A stretch of DNA of 39,829 nucleotides from positions 1 through 39,829 of the IMG/VR virus record IMGVR_UViG_3300031159_000077. The stretch is one strand, 5' to 3'. Positions within the stretch are counted from its first letter, which is position 1; the number at the start of each line of letters is the position of its first letter. A program made the position numbers and the translations under genes. The notes beneath the pieces were generated by a model that did not search any database, was not told the DNA's origin, and worked only from the letters and a program-made list of their open reading frames with translations. The DNA is from a virus. Lineage: Duplodnaviria > Caudoviricetes. Shown piece by piece: positions 1 to 8,032 of this stretch.

Positions 1-216
1 TCACGCTGTCCTCACCTTCGCCGGTAGCGCTACAAGGATGCCGTCGGTTCGGAAAATGCGTGGCTCCTGCCGGTCGAGGTCGAATGCGCGCACATGGCTG
101 TCCTGGACTGCTGTGATGCGGATCTTGCGCTTGGACAGACGTCCGCGGCGATCCAGATAGATGATGTCAACGGTTTGACCAATATACTTCTGCACGGCGA
201 TCACCCAAACGTTCAT
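1..216 (-). CDS. Small WYL/YolD-like protein, SOS-regulated (true start may be GTG near 195)
   Basis: IIYLDRRGRLSKRKI...AFDLDRQEPRIFR pattern; upstream LexA-boxed promoter. Confidence 0.6.
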   Translation of the reverse strand: MNVWVIAVQKYIGQTVDIIYLDRRGRLSKRKIRITAVQDSHVRAFDLDRQEPRIFRTDGILVALPAKVRTA

Positions 217-226
217 TCGTACTTAC

Positions 227-254
227 ATTATACGAACGAGCGTTCGGTTTTCAA
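227..254 (-). promoter_or_regulatory. SigA promoter TTGAAA-N16-TATAAT with LexA (Cheo) box CGAACGAGCGTTCG at 233-246 in the spacer
   Basis: Direct match to the Bacillota CGAAC-N4-GTTCG consensus. Confidence 0.8.
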
Positions 255-258
255 GCAC

Positions 259-300
259 GAAAAAACCCCCGCCCAGCCACACGGCCAGGCGGGGTTTTCT
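259..300. terminator. Intrinsic terminator after the holin, probably bidirectional
   Basis: AAAAACCCCCGCC...GGCGGGGTTTT inverted repeat with A/T tracts. Confidence 0.75.
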
Positions 301-302
301 CT

Positions 303-569
303 TTACTCGCGCTCCTTCGTTTGCTTCACAACTTGGTGCCCGTACACCGCAAACGCGCCGCACAGGATGCCTTGAATCACCGACTGCACAGTGAATCCTT
401 GCAGCGCCACCACGACCGCCACGGCGGCGACGGTGACGATGTAGACGATGGTCCAGTCCGGCACCCGGGGCGTCTGCTTCAGCACATAGCCGAGCGCCCA
501 GCAAGCGGCCACGACGACGAGCAGCGACGGGTCGATGAGTGCGAAAAGCGTTTCCCAGTCCACGGTCAT
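303..569 (-). CDS. Phage holin
   Basis: 88 aa, three hydrophobic segments, charged C-terminus, adjacent to endolysin. Confidence 0.88.
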   Translation of the reverse strand: MTVDWETLFALIDPSLLVVVAACWALGYVLKQTPRVPDWTIVYIVTVAAVAVVVALQGFTVQSVIQGILCGAFAVYGHQVVKQTKERE

Positions 570-1993
570 GCACCTCCTTTCAGGGTGGCCGTTTTCGTCG
601 CCTGGTCCCAGCCGACCTGGAGTCCCAGAGCTTCGCCAATGGCGCGGAGCGGCACGTAGGTCCGGCCGTCGATGATGTATCCGGCACCGATCTCCACGTC
701 GTTCACGATGACGCGGGCGGCGCCGGTGATCTTCGGCAGGCCGTCCGCGGGCGTGGGAGCAGGAACGGGAACGGGTTCATTCACCGGCTCAGGTGTCGGC
801 GCGGGTGCGGTATCAAGCGGCGTGTACGGCAGTCCCGCGAACTGACAAAATCCTTTGATCGCTGCCTCCGCATACGCTTCCCAATTATTCTTGATCCGCT
901 CGGCATCGGCCGGATTGTCGCAGAATCCATATTCAACGATGACGGTCTGAACCGATCCGGTGAGTCGGTGCATGTAGTAGTAGTCCTGCCCCTTGTCATT
1001 TTTCCGACTGAACACCCGTCTGAACTTCTGCCCGGCGGCCACGATCGCGTCCGCGATTGCTTTCGCCATATCCGGCTTCGCGTGAATGCTGTGGATCGTC
1101 TCCACGCCCTCCCCGCCGCTGGCGTTGATGTGGTTCGATATGCAGTATTTTGCACCGCTATTTTTAACCAGGTTGGCCCGAGGCGCTGGATCAAGCGTGA
1201 CGTCCTTGTCCCGGGTAAGCGCAACGGGAATGCCCAGCTGCCGGAACCTTTCGTATTGGTACAAGCTGATTTTCAGCGTGTATTCCTTTTCGACGATCCC
1301 GTTTCCAATTGCGCCGGGGTCGTTCCCGCCGTGCCCGGCGTCGATAATCAACAGCGGTTTTTCCACGTCTTCCTTCGCTCCCTTCTTCACGATCAGCGCC
1401 GATCCGAGCTTCCGCCCCCAGCCGGTATCCGCCGGCCACATGTACGAGCTGCCGCCGCCGTCGCCGTTTAGCGCGTCCACGCATCCGAGGCGCTGCATGA
1501 TTTCCGCCAGCTCAGACAGATAGACTTCGCCCAGCGTGCGGACCAGCACCGGCTTCCCGTCTGCCGTGATGCCGGCGGCGGTGCGGATCGCCCGGCGCTG
1601 CCAGATGTCGCTGCCGGTCTGGTCCCGGCTGATCCCCTCGTGGACGACGTTCTGACCGCCCCGGAGAAGCGGCGGGCTACCCTGCACTGCCCAGATGGCC
1701 GCCGGTGGCGCCTTGCCGATGTGCAGCGTGCCGTCAGGCATCATATAGAGCTCGTCCCTCGCGGCGGTCTTCGGAATGTCCGGGACAACGACTTTGCCGT
1801 CTACAATCAGCCGGCCGATCGGCTGCCCGGCGGTGGTGTCGGCGTAGTTGAAATTGATTGCGGCGTCCGCATCTTCCGCCTGAGCGATCTCCTGCACTGT
1901 CGCCCCGGGGCAGTAAACGGGCCGGATTTCGTCGGTGCGCGGGTCAAGCACGGCATAAAGCGTTTCGACGTAGTGACGCAGGCGCTGTATCAT
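566..1993 (-). CDS. Endolysin: phosphodiester glycosidase (NAGPA-like) + Amidase_3 + Pro-rich linker + copper-amine-oxidase N-terminal-like binding domain
   Basis: RTAAGI...ALNGDGGGSS; IDAGHGGNDPG...EK...SNHIN...VEYGF; GRTYVPLRAIGEALGLQVGWD. Confidence 0.88.
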   Translation of the reverse strand: MIQRLRHYVETLYAVLDPRTDEIRPVYCPGATVQEIAQAEDADAAINFNYADTTAGQPIGRLIVDGKVVVPDIPKTAARDELYMMPDGTLHIGKAPPAAIWAVQGSPPLLRGGQNVVHEGISRDQTGSDIWQRRAIRTAAGITADGKPVLVRTLGEVYLSELAEIMQRLGCVDALNGDGGGSSYMWPADTGWGRKLGSALIVKKGAKEDVEKPLLIIDAGHGGNDPGAIGNGIVEKEYTLKISLYQYERFRQLGIPVALTRDKDVTLDPAPRANLVKNSGAKYCISNHINASGGEGVETIHSIHAKPDMAKAIADAIVAAGQKFRRVFSRKNDKGQDYYYMHRLTGSVQTVIVEYGFCDNPADAERIKNNWEAYAEAAIKGFCQFAGLPYTPLDTAPAPTPEPVNEPVPVPAPTPADGLPKITGAARVIVNDVEIGAGYIIDGRTYVPLRAIGEALGLQVGWDQATKTATLKGGA

Positions 1994-2265
1994 GCACCGC
2001 CACCCTCCAGCCGGTCAATCCGGCGATGTGCAGATTTCGCGCTTTCCTCGACACGCGTCACCCTCTCCGCCAGCATGTCGTAGCGCTGGCCCTGACTGCG
2101 TATCTCCACCCGCAGATCGTCCACGCCGTCGCGGATATATTTCACCGACGCCCGCAATTCACCGTCCTCCGCGCCGTCCTGACGCACGGTTCGCGACCGC
2201 CCGAGCCAGCCGAGCACGATGCCGCTGATGGCCGCGGCGGCCGCGATTACAGCACCCCAGTCCAT
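1990..2265 (-). CDS. Holin-like membrane/coiled-coil lysis accessory protein
   Basis: One N-terminal TM then coiled coil ending ESAKSAHRRIDRLE; RBS before ATG 2265. Confidence 0.7.
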   Translation of the reverse strand: MDWGAVIAAAAAISGIVLGWLGRSRTVRQDGAEDGELRASVKYIRDGVDDLRVEIRSQGQRYDMLAERVTRVEESAKSAHRRIDRLEGGGA

Positions 2266-2287
2266 CCGCATCCCCCTTTCTGAGGTC

Positions 2288-2316
2288 AAAAATAAAACCC
2301 GCCTCATTGGGCGGAT
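2288..2316 (-). terminator. Intrinsic terminator after the tail-fibre genes
   Basis: CCGCC/GGCGG stem followed by TTTTATTTT on minus strand. Confidence 0.55.
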
Positions 2317-2501
2317 TCGATCGCCGTCGGCTCCGGCTTGTGCCATGCGCCGGCTTCAAAATCGTAGATGTCCCCCAACTGCACCGAGTGGTCCGGCGGG
2401 AGTGGAATCATGGTAGGCTTTTCCACTGGTTCGGAAAGCATAGAAATGGTATAACATTTCCCCGTATCGGGATCAACTTCGGCATAATAATAAATTGCCA
2501 T
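2304..2501 (-). CDS. Small tail-fibre-associated protein
   Basis: 65 aa after the fibre gene; LGDIYD...W motif typical of fibre assembly proteins. Confidence 0.6.
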   Translation of the reverse strand: MAIYYYAEVDPDTGKCYTISMLSEPVEKPTMIPLPPDHSVQLGDIYDFEAGAWHKPEPTAIESAQ

Positions 2502-2516
2502 TATTCTTTCCCTCCC

Positions 2517-3782
2517 TTATATGGTGATAACAAACCAGTAAATCTTTGCCCCCGAATTACTGGGTGGAACAAAATCAATTTGTGTCGGGTTGTTAATGTA
2601 GCCATATAGAGCCCACGTATTAGACGGGCTATCGTAAGTGACCGAATAGACAAGGAAAGAACGAGTTAAATCAACAGATGCTATGGTCACTCTTTCGACA
2701 TGGTTCGCACTAGCCCATGTTTCTCCCTGTTGGATAACGACATCCCCATCAAATTCAATAACTTGCCATGCAACTTTGCTTTGGACATAGTTCCCCGATG
2801 TATTGAATTTATAAAGATGCAGGGTTGTGTCGTTTTCCAATTTTGCCGCCGCATGATTTCCAGGCCAACTATCCGTATATGCGAGAATGATTGATTTTGT
2901 TCTGTCAACTGCTGGAATTGTCACATACACGGGGTTTTTTTCAATTTGGCTTATTCCCCGTTGAACCGATTTGATGGCCGCCCCCGGCACCAGTGACCCT
3001 GCCACGCCGAAAATGCTTTTCCCCTGCCGGATGTTTTCAGGCAACAGATTCGGCTCGTCGATCTGCACACTGTTCCCGCTTCCGCCCGGATAGTATCCGG
3101 GTTGCGGTTGCAGACGCAATGTGGTTCCGCTTCGGCTGTATCCCGCTGCATTCACATGTCCGGTCCGGTTTGGCATGGTGCCCGCCGTTCCAGCGATGGT
3201 TGTGCCTTCCAGCACCTTCGACGGGTCGAAAACGACACCGGCCACCTTGCCGTTGCCGTTGTGATAACCGGCGGGTATTGATTGATCAGACGGGCCGGGT
3301 GTGATGGTGATTGCGCCACGGTTTGGCATCGTACCGATCAATTTTTCGCCGCGGGCATAGGCTGTCTTTCCGGAGAGAATGTCCCCAGCCACGGCCGTTG
3401 CGTCGCCGGTATCCGGCCCGGTTTGGATCGCGCGGATATTCTCCGCCATCTGCTGGAAGGTGTCGCTGGGCGATGTCGGAACCCCCATGTCAGTGATGGC
3501 CCCAGCGACAGCTGCTTTCCCATCACTGACAGAGGATTTTAAATTTTCGATCTCCGACTGAATGTCCGATCCGTTGGCCGTCGGAATGTCGGAGGCCGTC
3601 ACATCGTCTTTGTGCAGGGCCTTCTCTTGGAGTTCCCGCAACGCTCGATATGTCCGGTTCATCTGCCAGTTCCAATAGTCGGCCGGAGGTTTCTCACCAG
3701 CCTGCCAGCCGGCCGCTTTCTTCGATGCAGGCGGCTCAACACCTTCAGCGTTCCACTCAGGAATTTTTTCTTGAAACGGCAT
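2517..3782 (-). CDS. Tail fibre / receptor-binding protein
   Basis: GWQAGEKPPADYWNW N-terminus; GTMPN/GDATA repeats; duplicated C-terminal beta domain. Confidence 0.85.
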   Translation of the reverse strand: MPFQEKIPEWNAEGVEPPASKKAAGWQAGEKPPADYWNWQMNRTYRALRELQEKALHKDDVTASDIPTANGSDIQSEIENLKSSVSDGKAAVAGAITDMGVPTSPSDTFQQMAENIRAIQTGPDTGDATAVAGDILSGKTAYARGEKLIGTMPNRGAITITPGPSDQSIPAGYHNGNGKVAGVVFDPSKVLEGTTIAGTAGTMPNRTGHVNAAGYSRSGTTLRLQPQPGYYPGGSGNSVQIDEPNLLPENIRQGKSIFGVAGSLVPGAAIKSVQRGISQIEKNPVYVTIPAVDRTKSIILAYTDSWPGNHAAAKLENDTTLHLYKFNTSGNYVQSKVAWQVIEFDGDVVIQQGETWASANHVERVTIASVDLTRSFLVYSVTYDSPSNTWALYGYINNPTQIDFVPPSNSGAKIYWFVITI

Positions 3783-3797
3783 TTCTCGCTCCCCCAT

Positions 3798-4436
3798 TCA
3801 CAATGGCAGATCGGGTACGAGGCCCGGCGAATATGCGGCGCCGAGCGTCCCGCCAATGGTTTGATCCAGATCAGCAAATCCGGCGTTCGGGTCCGGTGGA
3901 TCGTCGATGGTTCCATATTCGAAAGTACCAGTCAACTCAATCACTCCCACACGGACGCCAGCGGCAACGGTTTTCTGCACGATCTGGGCGAATTGCCGCG
4001 GGTCCATCCCCACGGCATTGATCCTCTCAATGGGCAGCGCAATCAGTGATATTGCCGCCGGCTCCGGCTCGAACGGATCATCGTACAGCTCTTTAATCGT
4101 GATTTCACTCGGGTCCGTGTTGAGTGCCGTGGCAAGTACGCTGATGATCGTGTTGATGTCGCCCTTCGACAAGTTGCGGGCAATCTTCGACTTGATCAAG
4201 ATGCGGAAGATTTCGTCTGTTGCCGCTCCGCGGGGTTGCCCCACATTCTCGCCAATCCGGTCCAGCGTCGTGCCCTCGGCCCGGTCGATGTCTCGCCACA
4301 CTTCCACTCGCTGGACGGTTTGTTCCAGCTTCTGCAACTGATCCGCGAAGATGGCCATTAGCTTCCCGATGTTCGAATCAGGGTCCTTCCGGAAGACATC
4401 TGTGAGACGTCGGATCATGTCCTGAACAGTAATCAT
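3798..4436 (-). CDS. Baseplate wedge protein (DUF2612-like)
   Basis: DIDRAEGTTLDRIGENVG motif; follows baseplate J. Confidence 0.75.
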   Translation of the reverse strand: MITVQDMIRRLTDVFRKDPDSNIGKLMAIFADQLQKLEQTVQRVEVWRDIDRAEGTTLDRIGENVGQPRGAATDEIFRILIKSKIARNLSKGDINTIISVLATALNTDPSEITIKELYDDPFEPEPAAISLIALPIERINAVGMDPRQFAQIVQKTVAAGVRVGVIELTGTFEYGTIDDPPDPNAGFADLDQTIGGTLGAAYSPGLVPDLPL

Positions 4437-5611
4437 GTCGCATGCACCACCTCGATGATGGTGTGCGACGTTTGAGCGACTTGCTGCTGGTCAATCGGGA
4501 TATTCGACTGCACCCAATTCGCGCCGTCAGTGGACAGCTCGACCGTCGCGTCCTCGATGCCGGCCACCTTGTACACGGCCGCGATTAATCGGCTATGGAT
4601 GACATCGTCACCCATGTTCAGGCCGACGTACAGTTGGCCGTCGTAGTCCTCGCCGCCGATGTATCTGATAATGGCAGATTCGACCTGCACGTCGCCATCG
4701 ACCGGATACTGGTTGTTCGTTCTGACTGTGACCCGGACGTGAATCGGCACTTCCTCAGCGTAGGAAAACCGGATCGTATGCGGGTTCCCGGAAATGTCTT
4801 TGACAACGACGCTTTCGGTACCAAACGACTCGATGCCCGCGGCTTTAGTGTTCAGGATCGTCTGCCCGATGTCCTCCGGCTGGCCACCGAGCACATATGC
4901 CTCGAACGATTTGGGCGGCCTGCCGGCTGCATCCGTCGTCATCGTATTGTTTTCGATCACGACCGCCGCCCGGACGCCAGGCGTCCGAAGAAGCGCCGAC
5001 CGGATGCTGTCGACCGTTGCGGCGCCGCCGCCGGAGACCGAAAGAGCGAAACGCTCGCGGAATTCCTGGTCCGTTTCCTTGTTTTGGCCACCGCTGGTCG
5101 GCGCGGGGTTGGTGACGCTCGTTATGTGTGCGTTCGGGTTCGAAATGACCGTGATCGTGCCGGCCGCCACGTTCCCGATCGTTCCCGGTTCCAGCGCCCG
5201 GATTTCGCCCGTTCCGACCCCGCTGCTGTCCAGAGTGATGTCATCGACTGTCTCAAACACCACCCCGGACGGCGTTTCCACGCGGAATCCGGCCGGCTCC
5301 GTGTGCCCCGGCGTCCCGGTCATTTGGATCGTTCCGGTCGCCCAGGTTGCAAGCTTCCGCTGAATGCCGACGTAAGGACCGAGGCGGTCAAGCTGCACGC
5401 CTTCGGCAGTATTCACGTAGCCGCTGTAATACGTATTCTCAGCCGTCTGCCAGACTTTCGAGAGGAACCACGCGAAGAGGCGCAGTAGGATGCCGAGGAA
5501 CGACCGTTCGGACGTATTCACGTTTTCCCCAAACCGCGCCCTCGCCTCAACTTCCATCTCCGCGAATATTTCGGCATAGGTTGGGCGTTTGAAACCTTTG
5601 GCGTCAAGCAT
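4433..5611 (-). CDS. Baseplate J-like protein
   Basis: TAEGVQLDRLG; GGQNKETDQEFRER motifs. Confidence 0.9.
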   Translation of the reverse strand: MLDAKGFKRPTYAEIFAEMEVEARARFGENVNTSERSFLGILLRLFAWFLSKVWQTAENTYYSGYVNTAEGVQLDRLGPYVGIQRKLATWATGTIQMTGTPGHTEPAGFRVETPSGVVFETVDDITLDSSGVGTGEIRALEPGTIGNVAAGTITVISNPNAHITSVTNPAPTSGGQNKETDQEFRERFALSVSGGGAATVDSIRSALLRTPGVRAAVVIENNTMTTDAAGRPPKSFEAYVLGGQPEDIGQTILNTKAAGIESFGTESVVVKDISGNPHTIRFSYAEEVPIHVRVTVRTNNQYPVDGDVQVESAIIRYIGGEDYDGQLYVGLNMGDDVIHSRLIAAVYKVAGIEDATVELSTDGANWVQSNIPIDQQQVAQTSHTIIEVVHAT

Positions 5612-5960
5612 TTAGCGTCACCTGCCCCTCGATGGATTCCCCGCCGGCGGCCACCGCACGGAAAGTCGCCGTCAGTCCCCGGCTTCGCGTGTCGCGCTCG
5701 ATCCGGATATCCTCGACGGTTTGAATCCGCTCATCCTGTATGGCGCCCCGGATGATCTCCGCCCGCATTTCCTCGTCGTTCGGCTTTTTGCCCACGAAAG
5801 CGGCGTGTCGGATGCCAACTTCCGGGTTCAAAAACCATTCCCCCTGGTTCGTCTGCATGCCGATGTAGACCGTCTGGCGAAGCTCATCCTCGCCTTCGAC
5901 GATCGCCAGGTCGCCTTTCTCGAAGACGATGTCGCCGTCCACGATTTTGATGTCCTTCAC
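5604..5960 (-). CDS. Baseplate W-like / sheath initiator (DUF2634-like)
   Basis: TNQGEWFLNPEVGI motif; position. Confidence 0.75.
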   Translation of the reverse strand: MKDIKIVDGDIVFEKGDLAIVEGEDELRQTVYIGMQTNQGEWFLNPEVGIRHAAFVGKKPNDEEMRAEIIRGAIQDERIQTVEDIRIERDTRSRGLTATFRAVAAGGESIEGQVTLNA

Positions 5961-6346
5961 GTGATCAGCCTCCCCAGGATGACCGCGTCATTCAGGCTGT
6001 GGTGCCGTGTGGAGTCTGGAAGAACCGGCCGCCCGCCGCCGGCCAGCACCGAATCCAGCGCGCGCTCGGAAAAAGCCACGAAAACTACGTCGCCGGGCTG
6101 GTAGACGGGCACATACTCCTGCGGCTCGCCTCCGTCCACCCGGAACCGCTGCGTCAACACGGGCACATTCTGGACGACCGGAAGTTCCCGGGCCGGCCGC
6201 CCGACTTCCTTCGTCATATGCAAAGGTTGGATCGTCGCCCGGCGTCGCGTCTCATCGTAGCTGACGATGCGTGCCGGCATCGCTGTATGCAAGGCCAGAA
6301 GATGTTGGCGGATGAATGTCTTGAGAAATTCCTCAGCGTCCGGCAC
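5957..6346 (-). CDS. Baseplate spike (Gp138-like)
   Basis: HTAMPARIVSYD...GDVVFVAFSER...RHHSLNDA. Confidence 0.78.
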   Translation of the reverse strand: MPDAEEFLKTFIRQHLLALHTAMPARIVSYDETRRRATIQPLHMTKEVGRPARELPVVQNVPVLTQRFRVDGGEPQEYVPVYQPGDVVFVAFSERALDSVLAGGGRPVLPDSTRHHSLNDAVILGRLIT

Positions 6347-7133
6347 TCTCGATCACCTCCGCCGTCGTCAAGAACGTGTCCATGTTGCAGGTGTGCCGCC
6401 CGCGCCGGACCCGAAACCGGCCCTTCACGTACTTTGCCTGCAGGTCGATGATCGACGCTGTCGTGATCCGGTGCTGCAGAAGGCATTCGATGTGATACCC
6501 ATTCACGCCATCGCGCTCCTCGAAGTATTCCGGGCTGCCAACCAGGCCGGTGTCACTCCGGAGCACGAACCGCGCATCATCACCGTCGGTCAGCGGGCGG
6601 ACATATAGCTTGCCGCGATTGATGTAGAATGCGGCCCCGCAGTCCTTCGCCACTTCCTCGCAGTGGTCGACGATGGAGCCGCTGACGGTGTATCCTTCCG
6701 AATACACCTTGTTCCGCGGCAGCCGAAACGCGCCGATCGGCACTTTCAGCAGCGGAATCAGGTCGTTCAGGATCGTCCGGCCGGTCACTCCCGGCGCATA
6801 TGCCTTTTCCTCGATTTTCACGCCGCTGAGATCCGGACCGTCCAGCACGTAGATCGACGTCACCTTGTCCGGACCATCCTTCCTCGTCGAAACGTAGGAA
6901 ACCCGGCCAGAGAGAAGCAGGCCGACGTCGCCCTCGTAGCCGGCGTTGATGGTGAGGATGTCATTTCGGCGGATACGGCTGATGGTGTCCTGCGTCAGGT
7001 TGTAGAGCCGGATCACACTTTCGTTCGGACTGGCGTCGTCATCGAACGGCACGTCGAATTCGATGTGGAGGTCCTTCGAGCGGAACGTCTTCCCGGAGAC
7101 GGATACTTCCACCACTCTACCGAATTGTTCCAT
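6333..7133 (-). CDS. Baseplate hub protein
   Basis: IRLYNL...AGYEGD...TGLVGSPE motifs; position. Confidence 0.75.
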   Translation of the reverse strand: MEQFGRVVEVSVSGKTFRSKDLHIEFDVPFDDDASPNESVIRLYNLTQDTISRIRRNDILTINAGYEGDVGLLLSGRVSYVSTRKDGPDKVTSIYVLDGPDLSGVKIEEKAYAPGVTGRTILNDLIPLLKVPIGAFRLPRNKVYSEGYTVSGSIVDHCEEVAKDCGAAFYINRGKLYVRPLTDGDDARFVLRSDTGLVGSPEYFEERDGVNGYHIECLLQHRITTASIIDLQAKYVKGRFRVRRGRHTCNMDTFLTTAEVIESAGR

Positions 7134-7436
7134 TCAGCCCACCACCTGCAGGAACACCGTTTCGCCCAGGTTCGAGTATCCGACGCGTTCTTCCAAGCCA
7201 GCATCGTCTTTCGGCACGATTTGGAGGACCGGGTAGCGTTGGTCGAGCACGTCCGTGAAAAGCGGCACGCCGTACACCAACTTTTCGCCGTATACGAGTG
7301 CCTCGCCGTCCTTGTAAAGATCGATGGTAAAAAAATCGAAGTCCGCATTGTAGCGGACCTCGATTTCGAACGTCTCGGCGCCCAGGACGATTTCAAATCG
7401 ATACGGTGTTTGCTCCTTTTGAATCGGAACGTACAT
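7134..7436 (-). CDS. Baseplate plug-like protein
   Basis: EVRYNADFDFFTIDL...GEKLVYG; start MYVPIQ coupled to upstream stop. Confidence 0.65.
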   Translation of the reverse strand: MYVPIQKEQTPYRFEIVLGAETFEIEVRYNADFDFFTIDLYKDGEALVYGEKLVYGVPLFTDVLDQRYPVLQIVPKDDAGLEERVGYSNLGETVFLQVVG

Positions 7437-8032
7437 CAGGCCACCCTCACCTTCTGCCCGATCTGCAGCCGTTTCGGGTCGACGCCAGGATTTAGCGAGA
7501 GCAGCGTTTGCCATGTCGTCCCATATTTCGGCGCAATTGAATAGAAAGTCTCCCCACGGCGAATCGTGTGCGATTGCGGCGTTCCGGACGGCGGCTGGTT
7601 GGCCAGTTGCTGGCGACCTGCGCTCGTCGTCGGTTTGACCTGCGCAAGCATGACCGGATCATTCAGAAATGGCGCGTAGCTGGGCTTTGCGATCCGAACC
7701 TGCTGCAGGGTCATGGTGAACCGGAAACCGTTCGCCACCTCATAATCGTGCTCCGTGCTGATATTGGCGATGAGCGCCCGGCGGAAGGCGTTCCGGCCCA
7801 CGTAATCGACCCGTTCGCCGCGCGTCATCATCTCGATCAGCTTGGCCCGTATGTTCGCCGCCTCCGGCCCGAGGATTTTCCCGGTTATGGTCATAACGGT
7901 CGGCAGACGTTCGACGTGGTCGGTCAGGTCGATGTCTTCCTCGACCGGGTACTGCGTGATGTTGACGCTGTAATCCGGCGTCTCCGAAATGACGTGGATT
8001 TCATAGCCGGCCAGCACTGCCATGCGCGTCAC
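7436..8032 (-). CDS. Baseplate/tube-initiator protein with C-terminal LysM
   Basis: TQYPVEE..ITDH-like motif; HTIRRGETFYSIA...LNP...LQIGQKV LysM. Confidence 0.82.
   Translation of the reverse strand: MTRMAVLAGYEIHVISETPDYSVNITQYPVEEDIDLTDHVERLPTVMTITGKILGPEAANIRAKLIEMMTRGERVDYVGRNAFRRALIANISTEHDYEVANGFRFTMTLQQVRIAKPSYAPFLNDPVMLAQVKPTTSAGRQQLANQPPSGTPQSHTIRRGETFYSIAPKYGTTWQTLLSLNPGVDPKRLQIGQKVRVA

Noticed and set aside
2517-3782. Diversity-generating retroelement or invertible cassette targeting the tail fibre
   Set aside because: No reverse transcriptase, template repeat or alternative fibre tip seen in the window
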